Source: Octopus vulgaris (lineage: Eukaryota). Taken from it: a stretch of 64,000 nt of DNA. The stretch covers positions 99,200,001 to 99,264,000 of the forward strand of contig OX597821.1 in NCBI GenBank assembly GCA_951406725.2, in the 5' to 3' direction. The notes beneath the pieces are model-generated. The model had not been told where the DNA came from and did not search any database. It was given only the letters and a program-made list of their open reading frames with translations. The position numbers and the translations under genes are program-made. Of this stretch, positions 59,300-64,000 are shown piece after piece (within the stretch, counting starts at the first letter, position 1; each line of letters begins with the position of its first letter).

Positions 59300-59395
59300 G
59301 GCGGAGGTAAAGAATATGTACACCACCCGTTTTTGGTGTAACAAAAATCCTAATCCTAACCCTAAACACCAGGTGTACATATTCTTTACTTTCGC
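59300..59395. mobile_element. 96-bp mini-MITE with ~24-bp TIRs and CCCTAA-like core, inserted in (TA)n
   Basis: GCGGAGGTAAAGAATATGTACACC / GGTGTACATATTCTTTACTTTCGC. Confidence 0.75.
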
Positions 59396-59825
59396 ATATA
59401 TATATTTATATATATATATATATATATACAATGGATAGGGATAAAATATTCAGGCAGGTACTAGTACTGTTATAATCTGGGTTAAGGGTAACTGCATCGA
59501 GGGGCACCTAGGATTACTCAAAGTAAGTAATCCCACTGTATCTCATTTGATTGGAAGGCCTGGGTGGAAATTACACAAAACCAACCAAATCTAAAGAGCA
59601 GAGGAAAGTGTTGTTTGGGTAGGAAAGAGAGCAAGACAAGACAAATTGTGTGTGAGAAAAAGGTTAAAGTGTGTTGAATGAGATATTACCAATCATTTGA
59701 ATGTCTTTATTGGGATATGGTTGGTCTAGGATGCCTGTAATCTTATCACGACTTAATTATCTTAACATAAATAGCTTTTGAAGAATTTCAGTAGAATTGG
59801 TATATATTCTCTGTATAATAACTGA

Positions 59826-60041
59826 TTAACTCTTTAGCATTTAAATTATTGTCAAATGTAATGCTTATTTATTCATATTGTCTTGCATCAATCTTGTAGC
59901 CTTGAAATTTCAATGACAAAATTGTTTAGTTTTAGAATGATATTATAGGGTAGGTGTGAAAGGCTGGACCCAGTCGGTTTAAACATAAGGCAAGTAGAAT
60001 ATTTGGGATGGATATGGCCAGTTTAAATGCTAACAGGTTAA
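59826..60041 (-). mobile_element. piggyBac-like MITE ~25 bp downstream of the ZNF6 stop codon
   Basis: TTAA at both ends; TIR CTCTTTAGCATTTAAA / TTTAAATGCTAACAGG. Confidence 0.75.
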
Positions 60042-60065
60042 CAGGATAATTATCTATCACAAATA

Positions 60066-61925
60066 TCATAGAGGTGTAGTTTCTTTCCTGTGTAAACGTT
60101 TGTGATTTAATAAGTCACCTTTTCTAGAAAATGCCTTGCTACAAATATCACATTGATAAGGTTTGTCCCCTGTGTGAATACGTCTATGGTTCAATAAGTG
60201 ACTATTCTGAGAGAATGATTTACCACAGATACCACAGTGATATGGTTTCTCTCCTGTATGAACACGTTTGTGTGTGTTCAAATCAGAACTAGAGGTGAAT
60301 GTTTTATCACAGAAATCACAGTGATATGGTTTCTCTCCCGTGTGAAGACGTTTATGCCTCATTAAATTACAATTTTTAGAGAATTTTATACCACAAACAT
60401 CACAATGATATGGTTTCTCTCCTGTGTGAATAGTTTGGTGTGTAGATAATGAATTACTAGCAGTGAATGTTTTACCACAGATATCACAATGATATGGCCT
60501 TTCACCAGTATGAACTCGCTTGTGAGATGACACAGAACTACTATCAGAGAATGTCTTACCACAGATATCACAATGATATGGTTTTTCCCCTGTGTGAATA
60601 CGTTTGTGTCTGGATAAAGAATCATTGGCAGAGAAAGTTTTACCACAGATATCACAGTGGTATGGTTTATTTCCTGTATGAATACGTCTATGGGTCAATA
60701 AATTAGAGCTCTGAGAGAATGTCATACCACAGGTATCACAGTGATAAGGTTTCTCGCCTGTGTGAATACGTTTGTGTTTAGTTAAATGACCATTTAGAGT
60801 GAACGATTTACCACAAATATCACAGTGATATGGTTTCTCACCTGTGTGAATACGTTTATGAGTCAACAAGTGACTATTCCGAGAGAATGCTTTACCACAA
60901 ATATCACAGTGGCATGGTTTTATTCCTGCATGAGTACGTTTGTGGTTAGATAGATATTGTTTTGTAGAGAATTTTTTACCACATTCATCACAGTGATATG
61001 GTTTTTCTCCTGTATGAATCAGTTTATGGGACTGTAAATACCCCTTATCAGAGAATGTGTTACCACAGATACCACATTTGTATGGTTTTTCCCCTGTATG
61101 AATGCGTTTGTGGCTTAATAAACGTTCCTTAGTATTGCATTTTTTACCACAAATATCACAATGGTATGGTTTTTCCCCAGTATGTATACGTCTATGGGTT
61201 AATAAATTACTACTATGAGAGAATGTTTTACCACAAATATCACAGTGGTATGGTTTCTCTCCTGTGTGAATGCGTCTATGTTTCAACAAATTACTATTTA
61301 GAGAGAACGATTTACTACAGATATCACAATGGTATGGTTTTTCGCCAGTATGAATTTGTTTATGTGTAGACAATGTGCTACTAGCTGAGAACGTTTTCCC
61401 ACAAATATCACAACGATATGGTTTTTCTCCTGTGTGACTACGTTTGTGTGTAGATAATGAACCATTAACAGAAAAGGTTTGGCCACAGATATCACAACGA
61501 TATGGTTTTTCTCCTGTGTGAATACGTCTATGGGTTAATAACTTACTCTTTTGAGAGAATTCTTTCCCACAAATATCACAGTGGTATGGTTTTTCTTCTG
61601 CATGAATACATTTGTGGTTAAATAAACCATTCTTTTCAGAAAGTACCTTCCCACAAATATCACAGCAATATGGTTTCATCTCTGCATGAATTTGTTTGTG
61701 ATTGGATAAATTTTCATTTGTAGAAAACTTTTCACCACAAATATCACAATTATATAGTTCGGAAACTGTGTGTATAGACTGATGTTGAATTAAACATTTT
61801 TGTATTTTGAAAGAGTCCCCACAGATGTCACACATGTATGATGCCTTCTCTGTTTGATGAGAAACATCATTATTATCAGGTTGAGTTTCATTATGGACCT
61901 GACTCACACTCACTTTTACCTCCAT
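60066..61925 (-). CDS. ZNF6: poly-C2H2 zinc-finger protein, 619 aa, 21 fingers
   Basis: 21 C2H2 repeats after a leader homologous to ZNF3-5. Confidence 0.95.
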   Translation of the reverse strand: MEVKVSVSQVHNETQPDNNDVSHQTEKASYMCDICGDSFKIQKCLIQHQSIHTVSELYNCDICGEKFSTNENLSNHKQIHAEMKPYCCDICGKVLSEKNGLFNHKCIHAEEKPYHCDICGKEFSQKSKLLTHRRIHTGEKPYRCDICGQTFSVNGSLSTHKRSHTGEKPYRCDICGKTFSASSTLSTHKQIHTGEKPYHCDICSKSFSLNSNLLKHRRIHTGEKPYHCDICGKTFSHSSNLLTHRRIHTGEKPYHCDICGKKCNTKERLLSHKRIHTGEKPYKCGICGNTFSDKGYLQSHKLIHTGEKPYHCDECGKKFSTKQYLSNHKRTHAGIKPCHCDICGKAFSRNSHLLTHKRIHTGEKPYHCDICGKSFTLNGHLTKHKRIHTGEKPYHCDTCGMTFSQSSNLLTHRRIHTGNKPYHCDICGKTFSANDSLSRHKRIHTGEKPYHCDICGKTFSDSSSVSSHKRVHTGERPYHCDICGKTFTASNSLSTHQTIHTGEKPYHCDVCGIKFSKNCNLMRHKRLHTGEKPYHCDFCDKTFTSSSDLNTHKRVHTGEKPYHCGICGKSFSQNSHLLNHRRIHTGDKPYQCDICSKAFSRKGDLLNHKRLHRKETTPL

Positions 61926-62240
61926 AGCTTCAAGCGTTCTTTACAAAGTAGAAAAATCTTTCTCTTTTAATTTTCAAGAGAAATACTACTTACAATATTT
62001 AGAATAAAAAATATTTTTTTATGAAAAGTTATGGAAGAAATTATGTAAGACAACTGAAAAGTCTCGGTAAATCTTGATGTTACACCATCACAGAAATAAT
62101 ACAGTCATTATGAAATTAATTGCATTTCACAAGAAATAGTTCATGGCGATAAAATTGAAGTTATATAAACACAATCCCTTGTATCCTTAGCAATATCATT
62201 CTTTAGTCTTCAGGGTGTCATCTCAATATCATCAGATACT

Positions 62241-62262
62241 CTGAAATATATGAAGAGAGCAC
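62241..62262 (-). other. Splice acceptor of the ZNF6 coding exon
   Basis: Minus strand CTCTCTTCATATATTTCAG|AGTATCTG. Confidence 0.75.
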
Positions 62263-62459
62263 AAGATGTATAAAAGATATTACGATGTTGACACAGTAAA
62301 GAATAGTGAGGAGAGTCTAGTTGGTGCAACTTTAGCATGCAGTCTACTGCAGTATCCATAGCCAAAACCTTCAAATGATCTGATCTGAATAAGAATTAAA
62401 CTGCACACTCAAGTGTAAATGGCCAGGTAGATTGCAAACTAAAGTGACATCGTTTAGGT

Positions 62460-62776
62460 CAGTGGTTCACAACTGGGGTGTCAATGAGATTTTTGGGGGT
62501 TCATGCAAGCAAAATAGTAATTTATGGATTCACAGTATATATTAAGGGTCCATAAAAAAAGTTTCCTTTAGATGTATTTATTGTAAGAAACAGCTAAATT
62601 TATTTTTCAAACCTTTTACATAGTTCGAGCTACACAGGTTAATGTATGAAAAGCAAAATAGGAATTTTGAAAGAGGTATCTATAAAAATAGATTTTGAAC
62701 ATTGAATGGCTACAGGGGTCCACCAGAAAATATTAATCAAAGGGGTCCATAGATGAAAAATGGTTGAGAACCACTG
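62460..62776. mobile_element. hAT (Charlie-like) MITE
   Basis: CAGTGGTTCACAAC / GTTGAGAACCACTG termini; eroded TA-centred 8-bp flanks GTTTAGGT / GCCTAGAC. Confidence 0.75.
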
Positions 62777-62895
62777 GCCTAGACAGTAAAAAAAAAAAGA
62801 GAAAAATAGCAGAACAGAATATAGAATATAGCAAATTGTCCTTCCTGTTGCTAAACCATGTGTTTCAAGTAAGGGACTTTTCATTATGTTCATCT

Positions 62896-63116
62896 TTAAC
62901 CATTTAGCATTTAAACTGGCTATGTCCAGCCAAAATATTCCACTTGTTTTATGTTCAAACTGGCCAGATCTGGCCTCTGATACATACCCTAAAATGTCAT
63001 TTTAAACATAAACAATCACATCACCGAAATCTCAAAGCTACAAAGTAATGCATGTCTAATTCAAAACAATGTGAAGCACTACTTTTGACTGAGTAAACTG
63101 AACACTAACGAGTTAG
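62896..63116 (+). mobile_element. piggyBac-like MITE, third copy
   Basis: TTAA-CCATTTAGCATTTAAAC...; internal sequence matches 5974-6494. Confidence 0.7.
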
Positions 63117-64000
63117 AGGTGCAAAAACTAACAGATGATTCATTGACAGGGAATGTTAGCAAACATCACTGTTTGTATCTCAATGCATTTCCATGCAAAG
63201 TGCAGAATTTAAACATGAACACACACTTATCATCATCATCATTTAACATCCATTTTCCATGCTGGCATGTTTTGGCCAGTTTGACTGGAGCTGAGCCGGT
63301 AAGGCCAGGGGCTGCACCAGGCTCCATTATCTATCTATATATCATCATCACTGTTTTAACACCCACTTTACCATGCTTGCATGAATCAGACAGCTTACTG
63401 AAGCAGATTTTCTATATTCATATGCCCCTTTTGTTACCAATCCTTACCGGTTTCCAAGCAAGGTAAGATTTCCCCCAAGGCTAGACATGCTTTCACAGAA
63501 TATTGGAAATAAATGACATTTATTTACAACAATCACGTGATGTCAAGACAAGGAGGTACAAACACCTGCGTTGTGGAGTATAGCTATAACGAAATTATGC
63601 CAGAAATGTCTCATTTTAAACTTGAAGAAAAAAAGCCTTGCATATTTGTTCTTACCTGTTTCATGTGTGTAGGTAAAATCTGCAAATTTCCAAGCAGAAA
63701 ACAGAATCGAACTGTCATTTGCTTTCACGGAAATACCCGAATTGAAGTGTTTTGATTTGGTCGAGTTATATCGAAAGAATGCCAATAAAAGAACTCTTGA
63801 TTAAAAACAAACTCTAACACTGACAACCAACGAACAGAACCTTTGTTTCAGCCTTTTAGAAACAGCAGTGAAATTTCCATCAAACGCACTTTACATACAG
63901 TCTAAAAACAAAATACTGTATATTGATTTCTAAATACATTGTCTAAAACTGACAAGATGGGCATGGCTGGAAAGCCTCTGATCACGGTCTTCTGTCTGAC

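Overview
AT-rich, microsatellite- and transposon-dense animal genomic DNA, most likely from an octopus or other coleoid cephalopod (inferred from the repeat landscape and gene type; not verified). The window holds a head-to-tail cluster of six minus-strand poly-C2H2 zinc-finger genes (ZNF1-ZNF6 in window order, 17-24 fingers each, starts about 9-14 kb apart). Each has a single coding exon behind a homologous splice acceptor and no recognisable KRAB/SCAN/BTB/ZAD domain. Main signals: (i) ZNF3-6 share 15 C-terminal fingers in register, and two N-terminal finger modules occur in all four presence/absence combinations. (ii) ZNF5 is a patchwork of near-identical tracts shared with different neighbours, consistent with finger shuffling by interlocus gene conversion. 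(iii) ZNF2-4 share a non-coding first exon with a CCGGAACCGGATG motif, and ZNF2-5 share a second intronic block. (iv) A 316-bp CpG-rich foldback element with a 9-bp TSD lies in the inferred ZNF3 intron. (v) An RTE LINE 3' UTR carries a variable array of ~60-nt potentially pseudoknotted units. (vi) A Penelope-like remnant carries a degenerate minimal hammerhead motif. The remainder is SINEs, LINE fragments, Merlin/hAT/piggyBac-like MITEs and Helitrons. No prokaryotic system, CRISPR array, rRNA or bona fide tRNA is supported. All alignments were done by eye.
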